Assembly (NCBI GenBank): GCA_963836755.1
Contig: CAWIKF010000002.1
Span: 256,001 to 320,000 of the forward strand
Direction of reading: 5' to 3'
Length of the DNA stretch: 64,000 nt
DNA from: an uncultured Verrucomicrobiae bacterium
Lineage (GTDB): Bacteria; Verrucomicrobiota; Verrucomicrobiia; Chthoniobacterales; Chthoniobacteraceae
How positions within the stretch are numbered: position 1 is the first letter of the stretch; each line of letters opens with the position of its first letter. The notes below the pieces were generated by a model, which saw only the letters and a program-made list of their open reading frames with translations, did no database searches and had not been told where the DNA came from. The position numbers were made by a program, and so were the translations under genes. This document shows positions 39,242 to 48,950 of this stretch, piece after piece.

Positions 39242-40648
39242 ATGGCTGTCAAAACAGAGCAAGATTTATCCGACAACGCGCGGAGCCTTTGGCTGAAGGC
39301 GATCAGCGCGCTGGAGCTGCGCAACTTCGGCTACGCCATCTCGCTTTTGCAGGCGGTGTTGAAGGAGACGCCCGATTTTCTCGATGCGCGCAAGATGCTT
39401 CGCCGCTCGGAAGTGCAGGCGACGAAAGGCAAAAAAAGTTTTCTCTCCGGGATTTCCACGGCCTCGTTGAAAGGCGGGAGCATGGTCAAAAAAGATCCGG
39501 TCGCCGCAATGGAACTTGCCGAGAAATCGCTTGAGTCCGATCCGTATAATCATCAGGCAAACATGCTGCTGCGCGATGCAGCGAAAGCCGCGGGAATGCC
39601 CGAGGTTGCTGCTTTCGCGCTCGAAACGCTCGCCGAGGGAGCTCCGAAGGACACGAAGATTTTGCACGAGCTCGGCGCGCATTATTACGAAAACGGGCTC
39701 AGCGAAAAGGCGATTGATGTTTATACACGCATCGCGGAAATGAACCCGTCGGATTTGATTGCGATCAAGCGCGGCAAAGACGCGGCCGCGCGGCATTCGA
39801 TGGCGAGCGGCGGCTGGGAGGAAGTCGCGACTTCCGGCGGTTCAAAAGACTACCGCGATTTGATCAAGAACAAGGAAGAGGCGGTCTCGCTGGAGCAGCA
39901 AAATCGCGTGGTGAAAAGCGACGAAATGATCGAGCAGCAGCTCGGAGAGCTCGGTGAGAAATACGAACAAAATCCGCAAAATGTCGACGTGACGCGGCGC
40001 ATCGCCGCGCTTTACGAGCAGAAGGGTGACCTCGAAAATGCGCTGACCTGGTATAGCTACACGTCGGACCTGACGAAGGGCACCGACCCCGCCATGGCGC
40101 GAAAAGTTACCGACATCGGGCTGAAAATTTTGGAGGCAAAGATCGCCGAGTTCGAGTCGTGGCTCGCGGAAAATGGCGAAGCGGAAAATGCGCCGGAGGT
40201 GCGCGCGCAATATGACGAGTTGCGGAAACAAAAAGCCGATCTGCTCATCAGCGACGCGCGCAGGCGCGTGGAGCGCAACCCGACCGATTTGCAGTTTCGT
40301 TACGAGCTCGGCGAAGAGCTCGTCCGCGCCGGTATGCACACTGAGGCAATTCCTGAGCTGCAACGAGCGCGTCAAAACCCCAGCGTGCGTTTGAAAGCGA
40401 TGAACCTGCTCGGGCAATGCTACGTCGGGAAACACATGCTCGATCTCGCGAAAAATACTTTCGCGGCAGCGGTCGCCGAAATTCTCATCATGGACGACAA
40501 CAAAAAAGAGATGCTTTACCAGCTCGGTCTCGTCCACGAGCAGCTTCGTGAAAAGGAAAAGTATCTCGATTGCATGAAGCAAATTTACGAGATCGATTAC
40601 GGCTACCGCGATGTCGCGACGCGCGTCGAACAGAGCTACGGCGGCTGA
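39242..40648 (+). CDS. Tetratricopeptide-repeat protein
   Basis: Helical TPR-like repeats; C-terminal YEIDYGYRDV. Confidence 0.85.
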   Translation: MAVKTEQDLSDNARSLWLKAISALELRNFGYAISLLQAVLKETPDFLDARKMLRRSEVQATKGKKSFLSGISTASLKGGSMVKKDPVAAMELAEKSLESDPYNHQANMLLRDAAKAAGMPEVAAFALETLAEGAPKDTKILHELGAHYYENGLSEKAIDVYTRIAEMNPSDLIAIKRGKDAAARHSMASGGWEEVATSGGSKDYRDLIKNKEEAVSLEQQNRVVKSDEMIEQQLGELGEKYEQNPQNVDVTRRIAALYEQKGDLENALTWYSYTSDLTKGTDPAMARKVTDIGLKILEAKIAEFESWLAENGEAENAPEVRAQYDELRKQKADLLISDARRRVERNPTDLQFRYELGEELVRAGMHTEAIPELQRARQNPSVRLKAMNLLGQCYVGKHMLDLAKNTFAAAVAEILIMDDNKKEMLYQLGLVHEQLREKEKYLDCMKQIYEIDYGYRDVATRVEQSYGG

Positions 40649-40651
40649 TTT

Positions 40652-41716
40652 ATGAAAAGTCAGCGCGAGCAATATTATGATGTCGAGCGCATCATCGAAG
40701 TCGATTTCGTGCGCGCGACCGAGCACGCAGCGCTAAACGCGATTCAGTGGCTGGGCCGCGGCGAAAAGGAAACGGCGGATGCGGCGGCGTGCGATGCGAT
40801 TCGCGGGATGTTCGATTTGATGAACATCTGCGGCGAGGTGGTGATTGGCGAAGGGATCAAAGACAACGCGCCGGGAATTTTTAAAGGCGAGCATCTCGGG
40901 ACGTGGGTGCCCGGCTCGCTGAAGTTTGATCTCGCGCTCGACCCGATCGACGGGACGACGAACATCGCGAAAGGCGCGCCAAATTCGATCGCGTGTCTCG
41001 CGGCCGCCAGTCCGGAGGAAGGCGTGCGGTGCGCGCTCAAGGACATTCCCGCGTTTTACATGATGAAGCTCGCCTACGGGCCGCGCGTGATCGCTTACAT
41101 GGAGCGGACTGGCGTCGAAACGGTGCAGGTGCGCAACCCGATCGAGGAGACGATCATTTCCGTCGCGAAAGCCCTTCGCAAGCGGGTGCAGGATGTGATG
41201 GTGCTCGTAATGGATCGGCCGCGGCACGAGAAATTGATCGCGGAAGTGCGGCGCGTCGGCGCGGCTTTGCGGATGATTGGCGATGGCGACATCGCGGCGG
41301 CGATCGCGCCATCAATCGCGGACAGCGGCGTCGATTTGTATGTCGGAGTCGGCGGATCACCCGAAGCGGTTTTATCCGCGGCCGCACTGAAATGCCTCGG
41401 CGGCGATCTTCAATGCATGATGTGGCCGCGCGACGACGATGAACGGAAATCGATCATCGATGCCGGTTACGGCGAAGATTTAAACAAGGTTTTTTACGCC
41501 GATCATCTCGCACACGGCAGCAACATTATGTTTTGCGCGACCGGCATCAGCGACAGCGCGCTGCTTCGCGGTGTGCAGGTGCGTGGCCACACGGCGACCA
41601 CGCATTCAATCCTGATGCGCGCGAAGAGCCGCACGGTGCGCTACATCACGGCGCAGCACGATTTGCGGATGAAGACGATCCATTTGCGCTCCGATAATCG
41701 CGAGCACCGGATTTAA
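40652..41716 (+). CDS. glpX: Class II fructose-1,6-bisphosphatase
   Basis: RATE.AA, VVIGEG, DPIDGT, DRPRH, DGD, GGSPE.V, ATGISD. Confidence 0.94.
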   Translation: MKSQREQYYDVERIIEVDFVRATEHAALNAIQWLGRGEKETADAAACDAIRGMFDLMNICGEVVIGEGIKDNAPGIFKGEHLGTWVPGSLKFDLALDPIDGTTNIAKGAPNSIACLAAASPEEGVRCALKDIPAFYMMKLAYGPRVIAYMERTGVETVQVRNPIEETIISVAKALRKRVQDVMVLVMDRPRHEKLIAEVRRVGAALRMIGDGDIAAAIAPSIADSGVDLYVGVGGSPEAVLSAAALKCLGGDLQCMMWPRDDDERKSIIDAGYGEDLNKVFYADHLAHGSNIMFCATGISDSALLRGVQVRGHTATTHSILMRAKSRTVRYITAQHDLRMKTIHLRSDNREHRI

Positions 41717-41734
41717 AAAAAGCGCGCGGCTTTT

Positions 41735-42052
41735 TTACGAATAGCGGACGTCTTTGCCGGGTTCCATCTCGTAGTCAAGCGAGAGCCGTTCGGTCGTGTT
41801 TGGCTTGAGGACGTCCTCAATGTATTTCCAATGGATCGAGTCCTCGCGATAAATGGCGAGTTTGTCCATGGATTCGAAATCGAGCGCGATGAAGAACGGC
41901 CACTCGCATTTCGGATCGATTTTTTTCCCGCATTTCACGGAAAGAACCTCCGGAATTTTGAGCAGACTCATGCGCGTGTTCATCATCATTTCCTCGAGCT
42001 TCGCGGGCGTGACCTCGGGCTTGAGCTTGAAGAGAACGATGTGATGGACCAT
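41735..42052 (-). CDS. Dabb-family (stress-responsive A/B barrel) protein
   Basis: HHIVLFKLK, KIPEV, Y...H, LDYE. Confidence 0.85.
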   Translation of the reverse strand: MVHHIVLFKLKPEVTPAKLEEMMMNTRMSLLKIPEVLSVKCGKKIDPKCEWPFFIALDFESMDKLAIYREDSIHWKYIEDVLKPNTTERLSLDYEMEPGKDVRYS

Positions 42053-42135
42053 GGGGCGTCGGTTTTACGGAGTCGCCTGAGAGCAGGCAAGGAATATTGA
42101 GGCGGAAAAGTGCGGCACAAACGGGCTCGGCCGAT

Positions 42136-42510
42136 TTACTTTTTCCAATCGAGCGCACCTTTCATGATCGCGTAGACGTAGCCGACCGTGAGGATCGCGA
42201 CGAAGGAAAGCATGCTCCAGAAAATGAGGCCGCCCTGGCTCACGATGAGGTCGCGGTAAACGACTGCCCATGGATACATGAAGACAATTTCGATATCGAA
42301 AAGAATGAAGAGCATTGCCACGAGGTAAAACTTCACGCTGAAGCGCGGCTGCGCTTCGCCTAGCGGCAGCATCCCGCATTCGTAAGCGGTGTTTTTGACC
42401 GCATTCCGGCGGCCGTGGCGGCCCAGGATCACGCTCGTGAGAAGCGCCGCAGCCGCGAACCCCGCCGCGACGATCACTTGAATGAGGATGGGCAGATAAT
42501 CTTTGAGCAT
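42136..42510 (-). CDS. nuoA: NADH-quinone oxidoreductase subunit A (isolated gene)
   Basis: YECGM, FSVKFYLVAMLFILFDIE..F.YPW, KGALDW. Confidence 0.95.
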   Translation of the reverse strand: MLKDYLPILIQVIVAAGFAAAALLTSVILGRHGRRNAVKNTAYECGMLPLGEAQPRFSVKFYLVAMLFILFDIEIVFMYPWAVVYRDLIVSQGGLIFWSMLSFVAILTVGYVYAIMKGALDWKK

Positions 42511-42558
42511 AAACACGCCGCGCGTTTGCGCACCGCGGCCCTCATTTAAACCTGTGTC

Positions 42559-42864
42559 TTAGTGAAGAGCGGCGACCGGCGGCTGATTGTTGATCGTGGC
42601 CAGCGCGGAAATGAGCCCTTTATATTTTTTCCCGTTTTTTCTCACCATGCCGCGAGCGACGAGGTTTTGCAGCTTCTCGTAAGCACGCAGGCGGAGCATT
42701 TCTTCGCCACCGCTCGCGGCGTTGCGCGCGCGCAGGTTCTCGTGAACTACTTCGAAAAGCTGTTTGAATTCAAAGGAGCTTTTTTGCGAAAGAACTGACA
42801 CCAACTCCTCGGTGACCAGATCCGGAACCCTGCGAGAAAAAGCGTTTTTCTTCTGAATAGGCAT
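42559..42864 (-). CDS. Small basic hypothetical protein, possibly winged-helix
   Basis: GGEEMLRLRAYEKLQNLVARGMVRKNGKKY, a helix plus beta-hairpin pattern. Confidence 0.7.
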   Translation of the reverse strand: MPIQKKNAFSRRVPDLVTEELVSVLSQKSSFEFKQLFEVVHENLRARNAASGGEEMLRLRAYEKLQNLVARGMVRKNGKKYKGLISALATINNQPPVAALH

Positions 42865-42924
42865 AAGGCGCACAACCTATCACGATTTTTCTGCTTGACG
42901 AGCAAATTTTGTCTGCTGAGCCAA

Positions 42925-44802
42925 TTATGGCGTGACGAGCGGTTGCGCCGATGGCATCGCGGCGGGTGCGGGAGCAGCCGGCGGCGCTGGAGGCATGGGC
43001 GCTGCCGGCGGCGCGGCTGGTGCCGGAGACATCCCAGTTGCGGACATCGCCGGAGAAGGCGCGGTCTGCGGCATCAGCGCTCCGTTCGGATGAGCCATTT
43101 GCTTTTGCAAAAGCGGCACCGCAGCTGCCCCGGCGCCGATTCCGAGCCCGAACATCGCCTGCGTCATCGTCACAGGCCCGACCGATTCCGAAAGGACCCC
43201 ATTGTCGAGCGAGCGGGCGGAATAAACGATCTGCCCGAGATGCTTGCTGATCGTCTCGGTGGCCGGAAGTTTGCTCACATCCACATAGTCGCTGGAGCCT
43301 TTGATGAACGCCGCCCACATCATCGCGAAAGGACGCAACGGTCCGTAAATCCGCTCGAAAAGGGTGCGCGCATCAATGTAGGCGAATCCGAGCGTCGGCT
43401 TTTTCACCATGTCTGCAGCTTTGGTGAAAGCCGCTTGTTTATCGAGCCGGGCGTCGGTCGATCTCGAGCGCGCGACCGCGCTTTTGACGGCGTCAAAGTT
43501 GAGCCCGAGCAAAACAAATTTGTCCGTGATCGCGAGCGTCGGAGCGATTTGCACCATCGCGAATCCCCCGGCCGGGAACTGGTAAAATGGCGTCCCGTCC
43601 ACATCCTGCCGCGTCCAGCCCGTCTGGCTCACCGCATCCAAAAAGCTCTGCGCCTTTGCCTTGTCGTGCACATCCAGCGCGACGAGCGGCGCGGGAATTT
43701 GCGAAGCGGCGGGCCAGTCGGCGATCACGCTAATTTCCGGCCCAAACGCGGTCCAAAAATCATCCGCGGTCAGCCCCTTCGCATTGAAGCTGGTCATCAG
43801 CGGCTGGATGAATTGCGCGTAACCAAGGGCATTGAGCGCGGCCATGTTCGGCATCTGGAAATTCGCCGGCTTCACCAGCAGCGCCGCATAATAAAGGAGT
43901 GTGTTCGCGGAAGTGACCGCCATGCCGTCTTCGCCCATCGTGTCCCTTTTCGGAACGTCGGACTTCAGCACAAACATGGTGTCGCGCATGTTTTCGCCCT
44001 CCATTTTGGTCGTGCCCGCAAACGCGTGGATTTTTTTCAGTTCGTCGAACTGATGCGCGTCGGAGTTGCTCGGATTCGCGGCCGATATCAAGGTCACCAG
44101 CCGGTCGGCCAGCGTCTGCATCTGGACAAAAGTAAGCGCGTCAAAATCGATCGGCATCTGTGAAACTGCCGCACGAAAATCGACGTTGTCGCGCAATGCG
44201 CTCGGCGATTTTCCATCGAATCGGTCGAGCGTATTCTTCATCAAATCAAGATCGTCGGTGAGGAAGAACCAATCTTCTTTGAACGATGCCGCAAACGTCG
44301 TTTGACCATTGGTGAACGTCTCAATCTCGTTTGCTCCCGACTTGATGATGTCGGATTTCCCCGCTGGCGCGATCCGCTGCGCGGTCTTACGCAACTCTGC
44401 GAGCAGCGCGTCGACGTCGGTCTTTTTTCCATGATAGGAAAATCCCGCGATGACCTTTGGCACGTTCGCATCGGTGATGGCGGTCACGGCGATAAATGCT
44501 TCGCGCGGATCAATCCGCTTCACCTGCGCGACGCGGTCATCGATCTTCGAGCGCTGCGGGATTTTGCTTTCCGGCCGCTCGAGAAACGCGAGCACTTCCG
44601 GTTCGTGCGCGATCTGATAAAGCGCGGTTTTTGTCCAGCGATCGCGCGAGCGCGGGATGTCTGGCAGATGAATCAGCGCCACCGTTTCAGCGGGCAGCAG
44701 CTCCGCGATGCGCGAAGAATGCGAGGCGCGTTTTGTAATGAAGATGACCGCCAGCACGAGGATGGCGGCGGTCACTGCGAGGGCAACGAGTAATCTTTTC
44801 AT
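42925..44802 (-). CDS. Membrane-anchored hypothetical protein (DUF3352-like) with a Pro/Ala tail
   Basis: N-terminal TM helix, ELLPAET motif, host-like codon use. Confidence 0.7.
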   Translation of the reverse strand: MKRLLVALAVTAAILVLAVIFITKRASHSSRIAELLPAETVALIHLPDIPRSRDRWTKTALYQIAHEPEVLAFLERPESKIPQRSKIDDRVAQVKRIDPREAFIAVTAITDANVPKVIAGFSYHGKKTDVDALLAELRKTAQRIAPAGKSDIIKSGANEIETFTNGQTTFAASFKEDWFFLTDDLDLMKNTLDRFDGKSPSALRDNVDFRAAVSQMPIDFDALTFVQMQTLADRLVTLISAANPSNSDAHQFDELKKIHAFAGTTKMEGENMRDTMFVLKSDVPKRDTMGEDGMAVTSANTLLYYAALLVKPANFQMPNMAALNALGYAQFIQPLMTSFNAKGLTADDFWTAFGPEISVIADWPAASQIPAPLVALDVHDKAKAQSFLDAVSQTGWTRQDVDGTPFYQFPAGGFAMVQIAPTLAITDKFVLLGLNFDAVKSAVARSRSTDARLDKQAAFTKAADMVKKPTLGFAYIDARTLFERIYGPLRPFAMMWAAFIKGSSDYVDVSKLPATETISKHLGQIVYSARSLDNGVLSESVGPVTMTQAMFGLGIGAGAAAVPLLQKQMAHPNGALMPQTAPSPAMSATGMSPAPAAPPAAPMPPAPPAAPAPAAMPSAQPLVTP

Positions 44803-44863
44803 AGGCTGCGCGAGGCGCGGCACCAAATGAAGGCGAGGACGCGCGCGCTGACCAACTTTTATT

Positions 44864-46423
44864 TCAGCGGCCCGCCCGCGCCAGCTCCGCCGCATGCCGG
44901 TATTGCGCGCGAAACGCGTCGCTCAGCTTTTCCTCGAGCCGCACCTGATCCAGCCGCGAGCCCGCGCGCAACGTGTCGCGGATCGTCGAATTTGCCTCCG
45001 CATAGCTCACGCTCGAGACGTCCTCGAAAGCTGCGGTCGCGGCCGGTGGAAAGCGGGCGTCGATCAGCGCCCGGCGCGCATCGAGCAGCTCCTCTCGCGG
45101 ATCAATGCACATCGCGCGGACGATCGTGCCGATGGCGCGGAACAAACTTCCTGTCCATTCCGGATGGTAAACAAACGTTTGTGCTTGTTGATAAGGTTGA
45201 ATTTCCGGATCGGAACGGAACTGCGCGAATTGCGGCCCGTAAATTTCCGGCAGGATCGGCAGCCGCCGCAGCGCATATTTTTCCGGTCCGCCGGGCGTGC
45301 CGACTTTGAAATCCCAAAGTCTTTGACCCTGGGGCGACAGCACAAACTCGATGAACTCCCGCGCCAGCGCTGCATCGGGCGCTCCGCGCAGCAGCCCGAT
45401 CGGATCGGCCCCGATCGAGGAACCGCCCGCCGGGCTCACATATTGCAGCCGCGACGAACCGTCGGCCTTGCGGACAAACTCGCTTTGAAAGCGTCCGTAA
45501 AAATCAATGCACATACCGATCGCCGCGTCGCCCGCTTCGACGTCGAACGGAATCGTCGCCGCCGAATCTGAAAAATATCGCGCGTTGCCGCCGATGTTTT
45601 GCAACAGCCGCATCGCACGCGTCCAGCCTTCGGCCGGGTTTGGCGCTTCACCCATTTGTTGCTGAATGATCATCTCGAAAGCTTTTCCCACCGAGCCGCT
45701 CTGCGTCGGATCAGCCAGCGCCACCTGACCGAAAAAACTTGGATCGCCGAGAGCGGCCCACGTTTGCGGATTGGCGGGAGGCCGGAGAACCAAATGTCGG
45801 CGCAAACGCTCCAGCGAATCGGTGTTGCAGCAAATTCCAAAAGACGCGAGACACGCGCCGACCCAGCGGCCATGCTGATCCCAGAGCGGTTCGCCGCCGA
45901 GGTTTTGCGGAATCACATGATCATTAAACAACTCCGGATGCGCCGCGATGACGCCGCAATCGACCAGCCGTCCCGCGCCGGCGAGCAGAGCCGCGTCGAA
46001 GCTGCCGCCGCCAAAAAAAACATCGACGCCGCAACTCACGTTTGATTCCAGAAAGGCGCGCCGCGCGGGATCATCCGGCGACGCCTTTGCGTTGTCGAAG
46101 TTTGCCTGCACCGCCGCGCTCCACGGATGATGAAGCGCGTTCGTCCAATAGTATTGAAATGCGCCGAGATACTCCGACGCGAGGTAGCGGCTGATCTCGC
46201 TCGTGCCGCCCGGCGTGCGCCAGCTGATGCGAACGCGCCGCTGGTGTTTTGCAAAATAAAAATCGCTGAACGCCCGCGCGAATTCGTGGCGGATCGCCTC
46301 GTTGTGCGGCGTGATGACGATCAGCGTCTGGTCAGCCGGCGCGGCGAGATCGACTTTCTTCCGCAACAGCAGCGGGCCGAAAAGCACCGCTGCAAAGGCC
46401 GCGACCATCGCGAAGATTTTCAT
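44864..46423 (-). CDS. ABC transporter substrate-binding protein (Fe3+/AfuA-like family)
   Basis: LIVITPH, DVFFGGG, LADPTQSGS, CIDFYG, DPIGLL, FIEFVLS. Confidence 0.85.
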   Translation of the reverse strand: MKIFAMVAAFAAVLFGPLLLRKKVDLAAPADQTLIVITPHNEAIRHEFARAFSDFYFAKHQRRVRISWRTPGGTSEISRYLASEYLGAFQYYWTNALHHPWSAAVQANFDNAKASPDDPARRAFLESNVSCGVDVFFGGGSFDAALLAGAGRLVDCGVIAAHPELFNDHVIPQNLGGEPLWDQHGRWVGACLASFGICCNTDSLERLRRHLVLRPPANPQTWAALGDPSFFGQVALADPTQSGSVGKAFEMIIQQQMGEAPNPAEGWTRAMRLLQNIGGNARYFSDSAATIPFDVEAGDAAIGMCIDFYGRFQSEFVRKADGSSRLQYVSPAGGSSIGADPIGLLRGAPDAALAREFIEFVLSPQGQRLWDFKVGTPGGPEKYALRRLPILPEIYGPQFAQFRSDPEIQPYQQAQTFVYHPEWTGSLFRAIGTIVRAMCIDPREELLDARRALIDARFPPAATAAFEDVSSVSYAEANSTIRDTLRAGSRLDQVRLEEKLSDAFRAQYRHAAELARAGR

Positions 46424-47466
46424 TCCGCCGGCAGCACCGAAACGTCCGCCGGATCGACCGACATGAGCTGCTCGACACCGCGCGGCGCGCGCGGGTTCAT
46501 CTCATAAACGGTCAGCGTTTCGCCATGCGCGAGCAACCGGTGGCGCGCCATCTCACCGAGATACATTGTTTCAACCATGTTTCCGTGGATTTTGTTCGGA
46601 CCGCCGGCAAAGTTCCATGCCTCGGGCCGCACCGAAACGAGCACTGATGCGCCGCGGCTCAAGTCGCCGGACGAATGACCTTCCATCGTGCCGAGGGCCG
46701 TGGACACAACGGCGCGGCCGTTTTCGACTGCTTCGAGAGTGCCAGGGAAAAAGTTCGTTTCGCCTAAAAAATCGGCGACGAACTTTGTCTGCGGCCGGCG
46801 ATAAACCTCGCGCGGATTTCCGATCTGCAGGATGCGCCCCGAGTGCAAAATCGCAATCCGGTCCGCGATCGAAAGCGCTTCTTTTTGATCGTGCGAAACG
46901 TAAATCGCCGTGAGCTGAAATTCTTTGCAGATGCGCCGGATTTCGCCGCGCATTTCCTGGCGCAGTTTCGCGTCGAGATTCGAAAGCGGCTCGTCGAGCA
47001 GCAGGCAGCGCGGGCGGACGACGAGCGCACGGGCGAGCGCGACCCGCTGCTGCTGTCCGCCCGAAAGCTCATGGATACTGCGCTCGGCGAACTTTTCCAT
47101 GTGCACGCTGGCGAGCGCCTCGCGGACGCGCTTGTCGATTTCCGTGCGCGGCAGCCGGCGTTCCTCGAGCCCGAAGGCGACGTTTTTGCCAACGTTCAGA
47201 TGAGGCCAGAGCGCGTAATTTTGAAACATCATCGCTGTGTTCCGCCGATGCGGCGGGACGTGCGTGACGTTTTCGTCGTTGAAGAAAATGTCGCCGGAGT
47301 CCGGTTTGTAAAAGCCCGCGATCGCTCGCAGCAGAGTCGTCTTTCCGCAGCCGCTCGGGCCGAGGAGAAAGAAGATTTCGCCCGCGGCAATCTCAACGCT
47401 GACGCGGTCGAGCGCGACCGTCTTGCCGAAATGCTTGCTGAGATTTTTTACAGCGATGGAAATCAT
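46420..47466 (-). CDS. ABC transporter ATP-binding protein (PotA/FbpC family)
   Basis: GPSGCGKT, FQNYALWPHL, LSGGQQQR, LLLDEPLSNLD; ATG 47466. Confidence 0.93.
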   Translation of the reverse strand: MISIAVKNLSKHFGKTVALDRVSVEIAAGEIFFLLGPSGCGKTTLLRAIAGFYKPDSGDIFFNDENVTHVPPHRRNTAMMFQNYALWPHLNVGKNVAFGLEERRLPRTEIDKRVREALASVHMEKFAERSIHELSGGQQQRVALARALVVRPRCLLLDEPLSNLDAKLRQEMRGEIRRICKEFQLTAIYVSHDQKEALSIADRIAILHSGRILQIGNPREVYRRPQTKFVADFLGETNFFPGTLEAVENGRAVVSTALGTMEGHSSGDLSRGASVLVSVRPEAWNFAGGPNKIHGNMVETMYLGEMARHRLLAHGETLTVYEMNPRAPRGVEQLMSVDPADVSVLPAE

Positions 47467-47520
47467 GCCGCGCGCTATTTGCTGGCCGGAGCAGGCGGGC
47501 GTAAAGTAAAAACGCCAGAG

Positions 47521-48696
47521 ATGATTCGTCGGGATTACCTGATCATCGGCGGCGGCCCAGCCGGGGTCAGCGCCTGTGAGGGAATCCGTGAGTATGACAA
47601 AAAGGGGAGCGTGATGATCGCGGGACGCGAAGCTTTTCCCGCTTATCATCGGCCCGCGCTCTCAAAAACTGTTTTAAAAACGGCGAGCGCGTCTGTTGAC
47701 GATTTGTTTTACAAGCCGCCCGGATGGTTTTCGCAAAATAAAATCGAGCTGCGCGCCGGAACTGTGGTGCGCGCGCTGAATCTCGACCGCCGCATCGCCG
47801 TGCTCGAGGATGGGCAAGCAGTGCAGTTTAAAAAAGCGCTGCTCGCCACCGGCAGCCGACCGCGCAGACCGCAAGTCGCCGGCACCGCGCTGGGCAACGT
47901 ATTTTTCCTCCACACCCTGCGCGACGCGCTCGCAATCAAGGAAACTGGAGCGCTTGAAAAAGCCATAACGATCATTGGTGGCGGTTGGCTTGCGATCGAA
48001 GCGGCGGCGGCGCTGGCGCAGGCGAAAATGAAAGTGACGCTGATGAACCGCCAGCATTCGCTCTGGCAAAAACGGCTCGACGCGGAGACGTCGCAATGGC
48101 TCACCGATTATTTCCGCCAGCGCGGCGTGAATTTGCTGTTGGGGCAGGATTTGAACGGGCTCGAAGGCGAAACCTTCCTGAAAAATGTGCAGACAAAAAG
48201 CGGCGATCGCTTTCCCGCGCAGATGGCGCTGATCGCAGTCGGCTCGGAGCCGAACCTCGAGCTCGTGACCAACACTCCGCTGAGCGCGCCGGGCGGCACG
48301 CCGGTGAATGAATTTCTAGAGACGGAGGAAAAAGGGATCTTCGCGGCGGGCGACGTTGCGTTTTATCCCGACCACATTTTCGGCGTGATGCGCCGGCTCA
48401 CGCATTGGGAAAATGCGTGCGAGCAAGGCAGCGTCGCCGGCCGGAACATGACGGGGAAAAAGCGGATCAAGTTTGACGCCGTGCCAACTTTTTTCAGCGA
48501 AGCGTTTGATCTTCGGTTCGAATTCTTCGGCGATTTCACGATGCCACCGTCGCGTGCCGAGATCGAGGGCTCGCATAAAAAGCGGAAGTTTGTCGCGCGT
48601 TATTTTCGCAATGGAAGATTAGTCGCGCGAGTTCATTGCAACGAGGCGGCCGATCTCGCCGATGCCGCGCGCGCGGAAATTCGCGCCGCGCAGTAA
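47521..48696 (+). CDS. FAD/NAD(P)-dependent oxidoreductase (ferredoxin-reductase family)
   Basis: IIGGGPAG, YHRPALSK, LLATGS, IIGGGW, IFAAGD, HWENA. Confidence 0.88.
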   Translation: MIRRDYLIIGGGPAGVSACEGIREYDKKGSVMIAGREAFPAYHRPALSKTVLKTASASVDDLFYKPPGWFSQNKIELRAGTVVRALNLDRRIAVLEDGQAVQFKKALLATGSRPRRPQVAGTALGNVFFLHTLRDALAIKETGALEKAITIIGGGWLAIEAAAALAQAKMKVTLMNRQHSLWQKRLDAETSQWLTDYFRQRGVNLLLGQDLNGLEGETFLKNVQTKSGDRFPAQMALIAVGSEPNLELVTNTPLSAPGGTPVNEFLETEEKGIFAAGDVAFYPDHIFGVMRRLTHWENACEQGSVAGRNMTGKKRIKFDAVPTFFSEAFDLRFEFFGDFTMPPSRAEIEGSHKKRKFVARYFRNGRLVARVHCNEAADLADAARAEIRAAQ

Positions 48697-48717
48697 ACAA
48701 ATTTTGCGTGCGCGGAC

Positions 48718-48837
48718 TTAGCGCAGCAACACGATCGCGAACTCCGCCAGACCGATCGTGAGCAAAACGAATCCGCCGAGAATGCACGCCCTTCGCTGCC
48801 ACCGGTTCCTGCCGGTGCGCCTTCGTCGCCTGTTCAT
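48718..48837 (-). CDS. 39-aa single-TM small protein
   Basis: Hand translation MNRRRRRTGRNRWQRRACILGGFVLLTIGLAEFAIVLLR*; promoter-like motif immediately upstream. Confidence 0.55.
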   Translation of the reverse strand: MNRRRRRTGRNRWQRRACILGGFVLLTIGLAEFAIVLLR

Positions 48838-48843
48838 CCGATG

Positions 48844-48872
48844 ATTTTGAGGATCGAGCGGTGGCATGGCAA
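48844..48872 (-). promoter_or_regulatory. Putative promoter TTGCCA-N17-CAAAAT, 6 nt before ATG 48837
   Basis: Same architecture as other promoter candidates in the window. Confidence 0.5.
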
Positions 48873-48950
48873 TCCTAAAAATTCTGACAGTTACAGTATC
48901 TCGCCCAGCTCCTTTGCGCCTTCCGGCTTACCGGAAGCGCAGCCGTGGCG

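Noticed and set aside
38679..40648. EVE plus TPR as a modified-DNA defence system
   Set aside because: Stand-alone EVE with no nuclease or toxin partner; divergent genes in a housekeeping context
41715..41736. Terminator between glpX and the Dabb gene
   Set aside because: The stem has only two GC pairs; too weak to call
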